From the IMG/VR virus record IMGVR_UViG_3300020200_000004: a stretch of 64,000 nucleotides of DNA; one strand, written 5' to 3'. Below are positions 54,897 to 64,000 of this stretch, in pieces. Position 1 is the first letter of the stretch. Every line of letters begins with the position of its first letter. The translations under genes and the position numbers were made by a program. Below the pieces are notes generated by a model. The model had not been told where the DNA came from. It searched no databases and was given only the letters and a program-made list of their open reading frames with translations. Source of the DNA: a virus. Its lineage: Duplodnaviria; Heunggongvirae; Uroviricota; Caudoviricetes.

Positions 54897-55352
54897 ATGA
54901 TTTCGATTGCTGGATTGAGTAAAGGTGCTGTTTTAGCTGCATTGTATAACCGTAGCCGACCACAAGGCATGGGTTTCCTTCATTATGATCCCACGCCTAT
55001 GACCGAAGAAATTGCCAATGAACTTCTAGCCCAAACTCAATATTTTGATTATGTTAAAGGTCGGGTAATGAAAGTTGACCTGAAGAAAAATGAATTTGAT
55101 GAACGTCTTTATGACAGGGATAATGGACATGGAGCGGCCCAAAGTGCTATCAATGAAGTCTTGAAAGGTCAAGTTAATTCAGAAAAGCTACAGGAAGATC
55201 ATAATGCTTCCAAGTCTGCTGCTGCTTTGGAAGCGTATGTTGGAATGCAAACGCCTACCAAATATGAAAAGGATTGCGTTACAATGGGTCTGGATGACGT
55301 TGCTGATATTTTAGGACCGGCTGTGAAAAAAGCTTTAAACCCGGAGAGTTAA
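54897..55352 (+). CDS. Hypothetical protein (151 aa)
   Basis: ORF. Confidence 0.35.
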   Translation: MISIAGLSKGAVLAALYNRSRPQGMGFLHYDPTPMTEEIANELLAQTQYFDYVKGRVMKVDLKKNEFDERLYDRDNGHGAAQSAINEVLKGQVNSEKLQEDHNASKSAAALEAYVGMQTPTKYEKDCVTMGLDDVADILGPAVKKALNPES

Positions 55353-56192
55353 ATGCCAATTTTAGCCAAAACAGCTAAAAAGCTTGGAAAATCTGCAACA
55401 CCACGTTCTGATCGTAAAGAACTAGTAATGCTACGTGTTTCTATAGCTAAACTTGCTAGAAAATTAAAAGTAGATTATGGAGATTTATGTTTTACTGATG
55501 CAATATTTATGTTTTACTGATGCAATTTATGAAGAAATTTGCGCAAAAGCTAGAAGAAAAGAGCGGGGCTGGAACAGACTTGTAAGTGAATGTTATAAGA
55601 AAATTACAAAGATTCATAGGCAAATTTGTCAAATGCTGGCTATAACAAAGGAGCTTAAAATTGAAGGTTATGAAGTACAAGAATTATGATGTTTATTTGC
55701 AATACAAAAAGTATTATAATGGCAGAGTGTGCATTCAACTGACGCATGCACATGACCATGATCCAGTTGCAATTGCTACAGTAAATTTACCTGATGATGA
55801 ATTGGGCGAAGGGGAAGTTTTCATCAAGAACTATTCAGAGAATGAAGGAATGCTTGAATGGCTTGAGAAAAATGGCATTGTGGAACGAACCGGGAGGGTA
55901 GTACCAAGTGGATATGTAACAATTCCAGTTTGCAGGTTGCTTAAGTAATGGCTTTAATATCTTATATTACATGCTCTGTTTGTCAGCAAGAGAAAACAGT
56001 TAGCCACAGTGCATCTGATTGGCCTCCTGAAGTTTGTGATGAATGTGTAGAGAAGAAAAAAGAACAGGATAAAGAAGTGTATCTGGCGTGGTGCGCTAGT
56101 TTGCCGATTGAGGAAAGATTGGTAAAGATTGAGACGGCTTTATATGATTTGGAAAGAAAACCGCCGCCTTTTGATAGTAATACGCTTATAGG

Positions 56193-56672
56193 ATGAAATA
56201 TATGTATACGTTTGAGGAACATTTAGACAACTTAATTAGACATATAGAATTAGTAAGAGAAGCCTGTATTTTAATGGGCAAGAGGCTTATAGCACAAGGT
56301 AGAAAAGATCATGGACGATTATTGATAATGCGGGGGCATATGCATGATGTAAGCAAATTCACTGGCATAGAATTTGACTACCTTCACGTTGGTCCAGATG
56401 TAAATCAAGTAGAATTAGAGGATATGCAAGAATTAGTTGGAGGCTATATTGAACCTCTTACTTTTGAAGGTTTTACAGGCTATGTCAACGAAGAAGGCAA
56501 AATGATGGGGTTGATTTATAATGAATTAGCTACAACTTTTTGCTTCAAAAATAACCTTGGCTTGAGAGATGATGATTATATAGTTGGCAATTTGCTTTTA
56601 CTAGGCCCAATTGATGAAAACGGCGATGATACAGATGTGCCTCATTTTGTTCAAAAGAATCTAGGTTTTTAG
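56193..56672 (+). CDS. Hypothetical protein (159 aa)
   Basis: ORF. Confidence 0.35.
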   Translation: MKYMYTFEEHLDNLIRHIELVREACILMGKRLIAQGRKDHGRLLIMRGHMHDVSKFTGIEFDYLHVGPDVNQVELEDMQELVGGYIEPLTFEGFTGYVNEEGKMMGLIYNELATTFCFKNNLGLRDDDYIVGNLLLLGPIDENGDDTDVPHFVQKNLGF

Positions 56673-56897
56673 ACTATATTAAATTATGGCAGCAAGAGAA
56701 CTAGACGCAAAAAGAGAACTTAAAAGACTGCAAATAGTCAGCAGAAGCCAAACTGCGCAATTTAACAATATGGTCAGATTGGCAAATGCTGTAGCCCAAG
56801 AAAACGCTAATTTAAAAAAAGCTATTGGAGAATTGATTAAAGTCAAATCAGATCATCCAAATTACGAAAAAGTAGTAGCTGCTGCAAAAGCACTACT

Positions 56898-56911
56898 TTA
56901 ATTGTACCAAG
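56898..56911 (+). promoter_or_regulatory. Conserved motif TTAATTGTACCAAG, copy 8
   Basis: Exact 14-mer 6 nt upstream of ATG 56918. Confidence 0.5.
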
Positions 56912-56917
56912 ACAGTC

Positions 56918-57199
56918 ATGCGAAAACTCATTCTAAGTCTGATTATTGTTTTAGCAATTCTTAATCCTGCTTATGCCAGGAATCTACGTAATTTCAGGCC
57001 AATTACACCTGGATTGCCGATTCAAACTCAATGGCAAATGCGTCAAGCACAATGGATGCAGCAACAATATATCATGCAGCAACGGTATATTCAAAATTAC
57101 CAGCTATTAATGCAACAGAGAATGCAATGGTGGCTTATTACTAGGCAGCAACAAATCAACATGTGGCTTTATTGGCGAGCTATGATGTATGGATATTAG
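56918..57199 (+). CDS. Secreted Gln/Met/Trp-rich small protein (93 aa)
   Basis: Signal peptide MRKLILSLIIVLAILNPAYA then QWQMRQAQWMQQQYIMQQRYIQNYQLLMQQRMQWW. Confidence 0.4.
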   Translation: MRKLILSLIIVLAILNPAYARNLRNFRPITPGLPIQTQWQMRQAQWMQQQYIMQQRYIQNYQLLMQQRMQWWLITRQQQINMWLYWRAMMYGY

Positions 57200-58023
57200 T
57201 TTAGAAGAATATCAAAAAGCATGCTCATGACTGACGAACAAGAATTTGAATCTGAATCTTCCTTTAAGTATTACAAACGATATGCCAATGGGCAACTTGT
57301 AATTGTTACCCAAAGACCATTTAATACCCAATTGACGATTGGAAGAGACTGGTCAAGTTGGGACAAGGGTTATTGATACAAAGATACAGCTTCGGCGGTC
57401 GCTGCGGCACAAACCTTTGATCCAGAACGAGATATTGAACCTGATGGCTGGTTTCGCTGTCCTGTAGATGGCAGACGAAGGCCAGATGGGGATAAAACTA
57501 AGGAATATTATAATATGTAAAGGAGGATGCAAGTGATCTGTAACTATGGCGACAGCGTTCAGTTCAACAATGATGGTCAAGGAGATTGGAGAACTGGAAC
57601 AATAATAGGGCGAAGCATGGAAAATGGAGTAGGGCCTTTTGTTTGGATAGAAATGTTTGACGGAATGCGAGTGATGGTGCTTGAATCTAACGTGATTACT
57701 TGGAGCGTTCCCTTTCCTAAATACTCACAATTTCCTAACTAAACTAAGGGTCATTATGAATACTTTACGTGAAGGTCTTGAAACCTTAGCTGGACAATTT
57801 GATAGATTTCATAAAGAACTTGCTTCTCTTAAACAAAGTGCCATTATTTCACAGCAAGAAAAAAGCAATTAAGTTTTTGGATGAACCTGGCTTGTACGAT
57901 TTAGGTGATAAAGATGATAAATATGATGATTATCAGGTTGTGTTTTTTAATAGAGACGAAAGCATTTGGCAACTTCTAAAATGAGGTTGATTTATCTTGA
58001 AATTTAGTATATAATTATTTCAT

Positions 58024-58094
58024 GGCCCCATAGCTTAAGAGGAAAGCAGGGTGCTTATAACGCCAAGACGGTAGTGCGACTCTACCTGGGGCTA
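58024..58094 (+). tRNA. tRNA, predicted anticodon UAU (Ile, AUA-reading); short
   Basis: Acceptor ggcccca/tggggct, D-arm gctt-aagagga-aagc (GG in loop), anticodon loop cTTATAa, T-arm ggtag-tgcgact-ctacc; the anticodon stem has one mismatch and one G-U pair. Confidence 0.45.
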
Positions 58095-58267
58095 CTTTAA
58101 AGGCTAACAAATGAATTTTGAAGCTGATAGACCTGTTTTTGAAAATATGACCAAAGAAGAACTAATTGCTATATTAGACAGTTTTCGCAGTTCTTTGGTT
58201 AACTGTGAAGATGCTGGTGGATTCTGTTTATATGTTGGCAAACGTTTAAAGGTTAGTTGCGAATCAG

Positions 58268-58624
58268 GTGCTTATGATGATGAGTAAAACTTTTGAAGTT
58301 AAACCAGAACATATTAAGTTATTGCAAAGAGCATACATCGATTGGCAAGATTGTGAAACTGGCGCTCCTGCAATTGACCCTAAAAGGCCATATGGCAATA
58401 GCTATGTTGTAGGTGATATTTTTGAAATTTTGGAATGGAAACATCCAGAAGAAGATGATGATTTAGATGAGGAATTTGAAGATTTAGAAGATAAGGCAAT
58501 GACTTTACATCAAGAAACTCAAACTGTCTTGCAAATTCTAGTTAGTAATATAAGTGTTGGTATCAGTCCTGGGAAGTATAGACAAGTTGAAGAATATAGC
58601 AATGAATGGGTTAGAGTGAAATGA
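58268..58624 (+). CDS. Hypothetical acidic protein (118 aa)
   Basis: ORF. Confidence 0.35.
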   Translation: MLMMMSKTFEVKPEHIKLLQRAYIDWQDCETGAPAIDPKRPYGNSYVVGDIFEILEWKHPEEDDDLDEEFEDLEDKAMTLHQETQTVLQILVSNISVGISPGKYRQVEEYSNEWVRVK

Positions 58625-58668
58625 AAGTTAAATGGGCAAAGGAAGTTGAGAAGGAATGCAAAAAGTTT

Positions 58669-58682
58669 TTAATTGTACCAAG
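58669..58682 (+). promoter_or_regulatory. Conserved motif TTAATTGTACCAAG, copy 9 (no + strand ORF immediately downstream)
   Basis: Exact 14-mer; followed by the minus-strand HNH gene and then a tRNA-like gene. Confidence 0.35.
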
Positions 58683-58686
58683 GTAG

Positions 58687-59397
58687 TTAGGCAACAATTG
58701 AAATTAAAGCAGTGGAATTTATTTCCCATAAGTTGTGGTCTAACTCCCAATGACAATTTCTACATAAAGATATAAGATTGCTGAGTTGATTTATGTCATT
58801 AACAATTGTTTCCTTGGGAAAACTCCGTATTGGCTTAATGTGGCAGACTTCGTAGTGTTTATCATAACCACATTTGACGCAATATTTTGGTAGACTTGAT
58901 TCTCTGTATTTTGTCCTAGCGTGTTCTCTTATTCTCGCATAGATTTGGTATTTGTATTTATAATGAAATTCTTTTATAGCTATTTTACCAAGACTCTCTA
59001 ATGAAATTTTATTTGTTTCTGGTTTATTCGTTATGCATTTTTCGCAATATTTTTTCCTCGAAGCAATAGGGTCATTACAGACACGGCAATAACCTTTAGG
59101 CTTTCGTTTTGGGCAATGAACATTAGTATGTATTGCGCAGCATCTAGAGGAACAGAATTTGGGGTTTAAAGTTGGTTTTTCACAAAGATGGCATGGATGA
59201 AGTTTTCTATAATGTCTTGAAACATCAGTATTGAATATTTCTTTTATTGCATTAGCCCATGAACCGAATCTATTTTTAATTGTTGTTCTGGCATATTGGC
59301 CTAATTTGTCATAATGTTTTGAAGTAGGTATTTTATTTATTTGTTCAAAAACTAATTTTATATCTTCGGCTATTTGTTCTTTGGTTAATCTATACAT
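58687..59397 (-). CDS. HNH homing endonuclease with multiple zinc-finger Cys clusters
   Basis: 236 aa on the minus strand; C-terminal EVCHIKPI...NLISLCRNCHWELDHN (HNH); CHLC..., CRVC..., CEKC..., CVKC pairs. Confidence 0.6.
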   Translation of the reverse strand: MYRLTKEQIAEDIKLVFEQINKIPTSKHYDKLGQYARTTIKNRFGSWANAIKEIFNTDVSRHYRKLHPCHLCEKPTLNPKFCSSRCCAIHTNVHCPKRKPKGYCRVCNDPIASRKKYCEKCITNKPETNKISLESLGKIAIKEFHYKYKYQIYARIREHARTKYRESSLPKYCVKCGYDKHYEVCHIKPIRSFPKETIVNDINQLSNLISLCRNCHWELDHNLWEINSTALISIVA

Positions 59398-59492
59398 ATT
59401 ATATTAGAGTGCCATTTCGATTTTTATAAGGAGTATTTTATAAAAATTTTGTTTGAAAAAAGTAAAGTATGTGATATAATATATTATTAAAT

Positions 59493-59569
59493 GCCCCTGT
59501 ACCGGCTCCGGTTTCTACCCGGATGTACCGTAATTGGAATAGATGCAGGTTCGAGTCCTGCCAGGGGTG
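59493..59569 (+). tRNA. tRNA-like gene (canonical acceptor and T-arm; candidate anticodon arm with UCU/Arg; the D region does not fold canonically)
   Basis: Acceptor gcccctg/caggggt, T-arm gcagg-ttcgagt-cctgc, hairpin tccgg-tttCTac-ccgga; the 5' and 3' ends are near-identical to the tRNA at 46078. Confidence 0.35.
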
Positions 59570-59854
59570 CTTTTATCACTTTTAATAGCTTAAAAAGTCA
59601 GGCTGGCATAACAATGACATTCAACTTCATCTAATTGCATATGTATCGTGCTGAAATGTCTAAACAAAAGCAAAGAGTAATTGAAGCAAAACGTCTTGCT
59701 AATATATGGCATTTAACTCTTGCTTGCAGAGCAAAAATAACTCGTCCCGTTATTCCTTACTATCCTTATTATGGATCAGGGATTTATGGTGTTCCAGTTG
59801 CCGTAAAAATTCAATATGTTTGGTGTGAATGTTACAAGTGCAAAGGTTTAAATA

Positions 59855-60181
59855 ATGAAAATTAAATTCTGCATTGCCCTATTGCTTTTAGTAGGATGTA
59901 AGCAACAAAGTGAGAAAAAGGATTTGGATTGGCACATAGCGGATCGATCCAGGTTTATGAGTGAAAATCGGCAGGCTGTTCGCATTCTAAGCATTGATGA
60001 CGAAGGAGCATTCCGTAAAGTCGAAGTAGAAGGCATTGTAACAAAAGAAAGAACGTGGGCATATTTTCGGAAAAGTACAAAACCAAAAGTAGGCGAAATC
60101 TGGCGTGTTAATCCTGTGGCTGACGGGAAAATAGCTTGGTTTGAACTTTCTTGGACACCTGCTTCTCTGGAGGATAAATAA
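59855..60181 (+). CDS. Putative lipoprotein (108 aa)
   Basis: MKIKFCIALLLLVGCKQQ: signal peptide with LVGC lipobox. Confidence 0.4.
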   Translation: MKIKFCIALLLLVGCKQQSEKKDLDWHIADRSRFMSENRQAVRILSIDDEGAFRKVEVEGIVTKERTWAYFRKSTKPKVGEIWRVNPVADGKIAWFELSWTPASLEDK

Positions 60182-60965
60182 TGTCATCAGAATTTCTAGA
60201 AGGATACAGAGCGGTTCTTCAGGCGGAAATAAAAAAATATAATACCGCAACAAGAATCAAATTACGTTTAATAGATGATGATGACAAAATTGCTTATGGC
60301 GAATTTGAGGTTGAAGAGTTAACAAAATTTTTAGAAGAAGTGAAAAATGGCTGTGACAAAAGGTGAAATCAGAACATGGTTGCTTGAAGCTAAAAAAGAA
60401 GGTGCAACACACGTTATTGTAGTTTGCGACACATTTGACTACGATGATTATCCAGTTAAAGTAATGCCTGGAGAAGATGCGAAAAAAAGGGCATTTCAGA
60501 TTAATGGAAACGACATATGATAAAAAATGTGCGTGACCAACATCATGTTTTCTTGGAAGGATTGAAAAGCACCACACCTAAATTACTTAACCCCAAAGAA
60601 GGCGTAACTTACCATGAATTTATAATGGGAAGCTAAATGAGAAATATCAAAACCTATACTGTTGTTCTTAATCGTCCACACACTAATTCATTTCTTATGT
60701 TGGAAATCGAAGCTAAGGACTTTGATAATGCATGCTGTCAGGCTTTACACAACATGGATGAATGGGTGATTGCTGATATGCCTATTGATGAGGGATATGA
60801 ACAGAAGCGTGATAATGGTGAATCATGAATAAAGTAATTGTGGATGATAAGTTTAACTTAATCCCAGCATATAGTTTGATTAAAGGTCAACTTGGTATAA
60901 TACATGCTCCAGAAGGCGAAGAAACTAAGTATGATGGTTGGGTTTTACTATAAATGGAATAAACC

Positions 60966-61358
60966 ATGAACGAACGAATTAACTTATCTGATACTCCTAT
61001 TAGTGCCATTACCAAGCTATGTGAAGGTAATCCAGGGGCATTAACTGTACTTGCCAATATCTTAAAAGAGGGTGGCAAGATTGATCCTGATGCTGGATTC
61101 GGTGAACCATTCTTTATAATCCTTAATTTCGATAGTTATAATATCTATGGGCCTAGAATTTGGATGTTGTATAAGGATGTATGCGAACAGAAGCTTGATA
61201 AAACGATTGCGATGGTAAGAGCTACCCAAATGGGGTTTATTAGTGCAAGTAAATTAAATTTTGCAATCGACAATGGTGGGGCTGGATTAGACGTTGAGGC
61301 TGTTTGTAAGCAAGTAAAAGAACGTTTGCCTAATTTTCAATTCAAAGAAGAAGTTTAA
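60966..61358 (+). CDS. Hypothetical protein (130 aa)
   Basis: ORF. Confidence 0.35.
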   Translation: MNERINLSDTPISAITKLCEGNPGALTVLANILKEGGKIDPDAGFGEPFFIILNFDSYNIYGPRIWMLYKDVCEQKLDKTIAMVRATQMGFISASKLNFAIDNGGAGLDVEAVCKQVKERLPNFQFKEEV

Positions 61359-61368
61359 TTGTACCAAG
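61355..61368 (+). promoter_or_regulatory. Conserved motif TTAATTGTACCAAG, copy 10
   Basis: Exact 14-mer about 118 nt upstream of ATG 61487. Confidence 0.4.
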
Positions 61369-61486
61369 AAGGTTAAAACCCCTCCTAATGCGTCCAGATT
61401 AGCTTATAATAAGTTTTGTAAGTTAAAATGAGATTCGGATCGTTAAATGGGTCTGGATGCGTTATAATTGAATTTAAAGGGATAAA

Positions 61487-61978
61487 ATGGGATATGAGAC
61501 TAAGATGTATGTGGTTAAGCCTTATGGGTTTGCAGATGATGTACCACATGGTCAGGTTATTTGCAGTATTGATCTTTGCAAATGTGATGAGGATGGGGCT
61601 GTAGGAAGGTTGGTAAGTGATTCACACAGTTTTAAAGATAAAAATCCTACATTTGCTTTGTATAATGATTTTCATCCAGATGGGCAACTTGGCGCAATTG
61701 AAAAATTACAAAAATTGCATGATGAATTAAAGGATAATGGGCATAAAGAACTAATACAGGAAGTTATTGATTATGTAGAAGACCCAGGACATTGCACCAA
61801 AGATAATTATGATGACTTTTTTGGTGTTATTTCGATTGATGATATGATTGAGGCATTGGAGAAGGATATTGCCAGCGAAAAAGTGCCGTATCGCAGGTTT
61901 GTAATTGCTTTGGATATGCTGCAATCTGTTAAAAAGAACTTCCAAGAGAAAGTGAAGATTCTTACATACGGGCACTAA
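61487..61978 (+). CDS. Hypothetical protein (163 aa)
   Basis: ORF. Confidence 0.4.
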   Translation: MGYETKMYVVKPYGFADDVPHGQVICSIDLCKCDEDGAVGRLVSDSHSFKDKNPTFALYNDFHPDGQLGAIEKLQKLHDELKDNGHKELIQEVIDYVEDPGHCTKDNYDDFFGVISIDDMIEALEKDIASEKVPYRRFVIALDMLQSVKKNFQEKVKILTYGH

Positions 61979-61985
61979 ATTATGT

Positions 61986-62504
61986 ATGTTGAGTTTTATG
62001 GACTGGCTTGAGAGTGTTTATCGTATAGACCAAAACCCAATTAGTGATTTTTCATCGGATTTAAAAACTTATTACAGAAGTCCAGATTGGAGCAGTAGCG
62101 GTTCATTCTCTAATCAAGAAAATATACCTAAAGATTGGCTAAAGGAAGTAGGTTTGTTTGGCGGAAAACTAAAAAATATAATTCCTTATGCCACACCTAG
62201 AAATGTAAGATGGATTGTCACAAAGGATTTAAGCCGCCCTACAGTCATATTTGCTGAAAAAGATAAACAGGCGATTACTTCTTATCGGCCTTATTTATCT
62301 AAATTTTCTCAATCGTCATTTACTCAGCAATCAAATGGAGAATTTTTCAGTCATGACCCTAAACAAGCGATGAAACAGGAAATGATTAGGAATCCGTTGC
62401 GTTTTATGCAAAAATGGTATAATGTTAAATTTGTGCCTAATTTAGATGATTATGCCAAGCAGTTGAAGTCACAAGATATCAATTTTGACTCAGAAGGGTT
62501 ATAA
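61986..62504 (+). CDS. Hypothetical protein (172 aa)
   Basis: ORF. Confidence 0.4.
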   Translation: MLSFMDWLESVYRIDQNPISDFSSDLKTYYRSPDWSSSGSFSNQENIPKDWLKEVGLFGGKLKNIIPYATPRNVRWIVTKDLSRPTVIFAEKDKQAITSYRPYLSKFSQSSFTQQSNGEFFSHDPKQAMKQEMIRNPLRFMQKWYNVKFVPNLDDYAKQLKSQDINFDSEGL

Positions 62505-62509
62505 GATTT

Positions 62510-62523
62510 TTAATTGTACCAAG
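62510..62523 (+). promoter_or_regulatory. Conserved motif TTAATTGTACCAAG, copy 11
   Basis: Exact 14-mer 7 nt upstream of ATG 62531. Confidence 0.5.
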
Positions 62524-62530
62524 AGAAAAC

Positions 62531-62833
62531 ATGAAAGTGAAATTAGAATTATACAAGTATGGTGGAATTAGTTGTTTGGATGAAGGTTGCATATTTAAGC
62601 GTGAATGTGCAAATCATATGACTGCTGGAGACTTTAGATCAGAAGATGGATTTACTCCTCAGTTGGAAGAAAAAAATGGCGAATATTTCTGTGCTACTAA
62701 AGATGCAGAAATTGATGAGTGGTATAGCTGTGAATATGGCACAACTTATCCCGAAGGAAGGGAAAAATTGGGCGATGGAGCTATGACACAGAAGGATTTA
62801 AAGTTGGTATCCGTTATCAACTATGTAATCTAG
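62531..62833 (+). CDS. Hypothetical protein (100 aa)
   Basis: ORF. Confidence 0.4.
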   Translation: MKVKLELYKYGGISCLDEGCIFKRECANHMTAGDFRSEDGFTPQLEEKNGEYFCATKDAEIDEWYSCEYGTTYPEGREKLGDGAMTQKDLKLVSVINYVI

Positions 62834-63019
62834 GTTTGGCGTCCATCTGAATCTAGCACAAGTGCAGTTTTTTTTGCAGCAGCTTCCGGCACAATTGATT
62901 CTGTAAATTTTTCCATCCCTTCTAAGCACCAGACTTCCATGATCTTTTTTGCTGCACCCGCATTTGCAAATTTCTACTTTTTTTGCTTTTTTTGTTGCCA
63001 GCATGACTTCTTCCCCCAA
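62798..63019 (-). CDS. Hypothetical Cys-rich small protein on the minus strand (73 aa)
   Basis: ORF with 11 Cys (CKCGC, CAGSCC, CTC); uncertain. Confidence 0.25.
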   Translation of the reverse strand: MGEEVMLATKKAKKVEICKCGCSKKDHGSLVLRRDGKIYRINCAGSCCKKNCTCARFRWTPNLDYIVDNGYQL

Positions 63020-63432
63020 TCTTGAACATTGTTGTTAAAACCTAGATGCCAATACAAAAATATTGAAAACGTTGAAATTTGCAGGAAAAACGATAGAATG
63101 CTGTGTGTAGATGGGCATTCACTGTGCGATTTCGGGCAATTGATTTCCTATGACTGAGCAAAATTTTACATTACCTGATTGTAGACTTCCTGATGCGAAT
63201 GGCAAGAGAAATCTCCAGATGATTTCGATTTGTTAACTGCTTCCAAAAAGGCGCTAAAGGATTGCCCATTTTGTGGCCGAAGTCCTATTACTATTTGCAC
63301 AGTGAACGATAAAACGGGAATATACGGATGTCAAGTAACTTGCGATGTATTTTGTGGTATTAGTTTATTTTTTAGTGCTTATGATAGAGAAACAGCAAGA
63401 AAAGGTGCAATTGAAAGGTGGACTAAGAGAAT

Positions 63433-64000
63433 ATGAACGTTGATGATTTAGGTTCACGCATGAAACTTTTTGAAGGACAGACTGAAGGAAATTTAATTCC
63501 TATGCTTCCTGCAATGTGCCGAATTGATGGAAGATCGTTTTCTAGTTTCACAATGGGACTTCGCAGACCATATGATGAACGTCTTTCTAAGTTAATGGTT
63601 GATACTACTAAATTTTTGGTCAAAGAGACTTGTGCAACTTGTGGTTATACTCAGTCGGATGAAATTACTTTATCGTGGTATCACCCTACAATGCAAACCC
63701 AGATGTTTTTTGATGGTAGAATCCAAAAAATCAATTCTGTGGTCGCCAGCATGACCTCTGTTTACTTTATTTCGCAGATTTTAACTAATGATGCATTGCC
63801 AATTGAATATGCTGCTAAATTGCCTCATTTTGATTGTAGGGTTTGGAATGTACCCAAATTAGAAGAAGCAGTTAATTGTTTCATGTGGAGAGAGTGGGAT
63901 TGTACCAAAAACTCAGTTTCAATGGCTGCGCAAAATTACTACAAGCACAAAGAATTAATGGGCAAGCACAGCGGAGAACTCCAAGAATTGCTTTTTCAAA
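63433..64000 (+). CDS. tRNA-His guanylyltransferase (Thg1)-like protein; partial, continues past the window end
   Basis: CRIDGRSFSSF (Thg1 RLDGRNFHRF), GYTQSDEITL (Thg1 AYGQSDEYSF), CRVWNVPKLEEAVNCFMWREWDC; no stop before position 64000. Confidence 0.65.
   Translation, partial: MNVDDLGSRMKLFEGQTEGNLIPMLPAMCRIDGRSFSSFTMGLRRPYDERLSKLMVDTTKFLVKETCATCGYTQSDEITLSWYHPTMQTQMFFDGRIQKINSVVASMTSVYFISQILTNDALPIEYAAKLPHFDCRVWNVPKLEEAVNCFMWREWDCTKNSVSMAAQNYYKHKELMGKHSGELQELLFQ

Noticed and set aside
59493-59569. Confident tRNA-Arg(UCU) call for the third tRNA-like gene
   Set aside because: The acceptor and T-arm are canonical and a UCU-loop hairpin exists, but no normal D-arm can be drawn. It may carry an intron or be an integration-site remnant, so it is left as tRNA-like pending tRNAscan-SE.
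63060-63100. sigma70-like TTGAAA-16-TAGAAT upstream of 63230
   Set aside because: AT-rich sequence gives many such matches and this one lacks an extended -10 or UP context, so it is not reported as a feature.
1-64000. Global reassignment of TAA (suggested by the UUA-anticodon tRNA)
   Set aside because: Most ORFs end in TAA with sensible spacing, RBSs and downstream starts, so global recoding in this window is unlikely. Only local or regulated suppression is kept as a hypothesis.

Overview
This window is AT-rich (about 35% GC by eye) and almost every gene lies on the + strand. Its content looks like a large phage or related mobile element: HNH homing endonucleases, endonuclease VII, a Gp37/Gp68-family protein, an RNA ligase, a Thg1-like protein, tRNA genes, a sigma-70-family factor, a RuvB-like ATPase, NUDIX, thioredoxin, and several candidate counter-defence genes (OARD1/TARG1-like macro domain, ADP-ribosylglycohydrolase, HD-type (p)ppGpp hydrolase, ArdC-like). 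No ribosomal or core cellular genes are visible. The first ~13 kb also encodes glycan-modification enzymes (epimerase, pyruvyl transferase, GT2-like, sulfotransferase-like, two SAM methyltransferases). The main candidate system is at 39.3-44.5 kb: a 1020-aa Cas12-family (type V, RuvC-only) effector gene followed on the same strand by a 26-repeat CRISPR array (37-bp repeats, degenerate final repeat). No cas1/cas2/cas4 and no recognisable tracrRNA/anti-repeat are present in the window. About half of the spacers are much more GC-rich than this genome, and two spacers overlap as if taken from adjacent protospacers of one foreign target. Other notable content: two solo TnpB-like genes (one apparently catalytically dead, TldR-like), an orphan degenerate CRISPR repeat about 3.6 kb downstream of the array, and a 14-bp motif TTAATTGTACCAAG present 11 times, always on the + strand just upstream of genes, which I read as a candidate phage promoter. 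There is also a tRNA with a predicted UUA (ochre-suppressor) anticodon, an in-frame TAG in a paralog gene, conserved Shine-Dalgarno (SD)-sequestering hairpins, duplicated intergenic elements, paralog families with decayed copies, and an indoleamine-2,3-dioxygenase-like gene.
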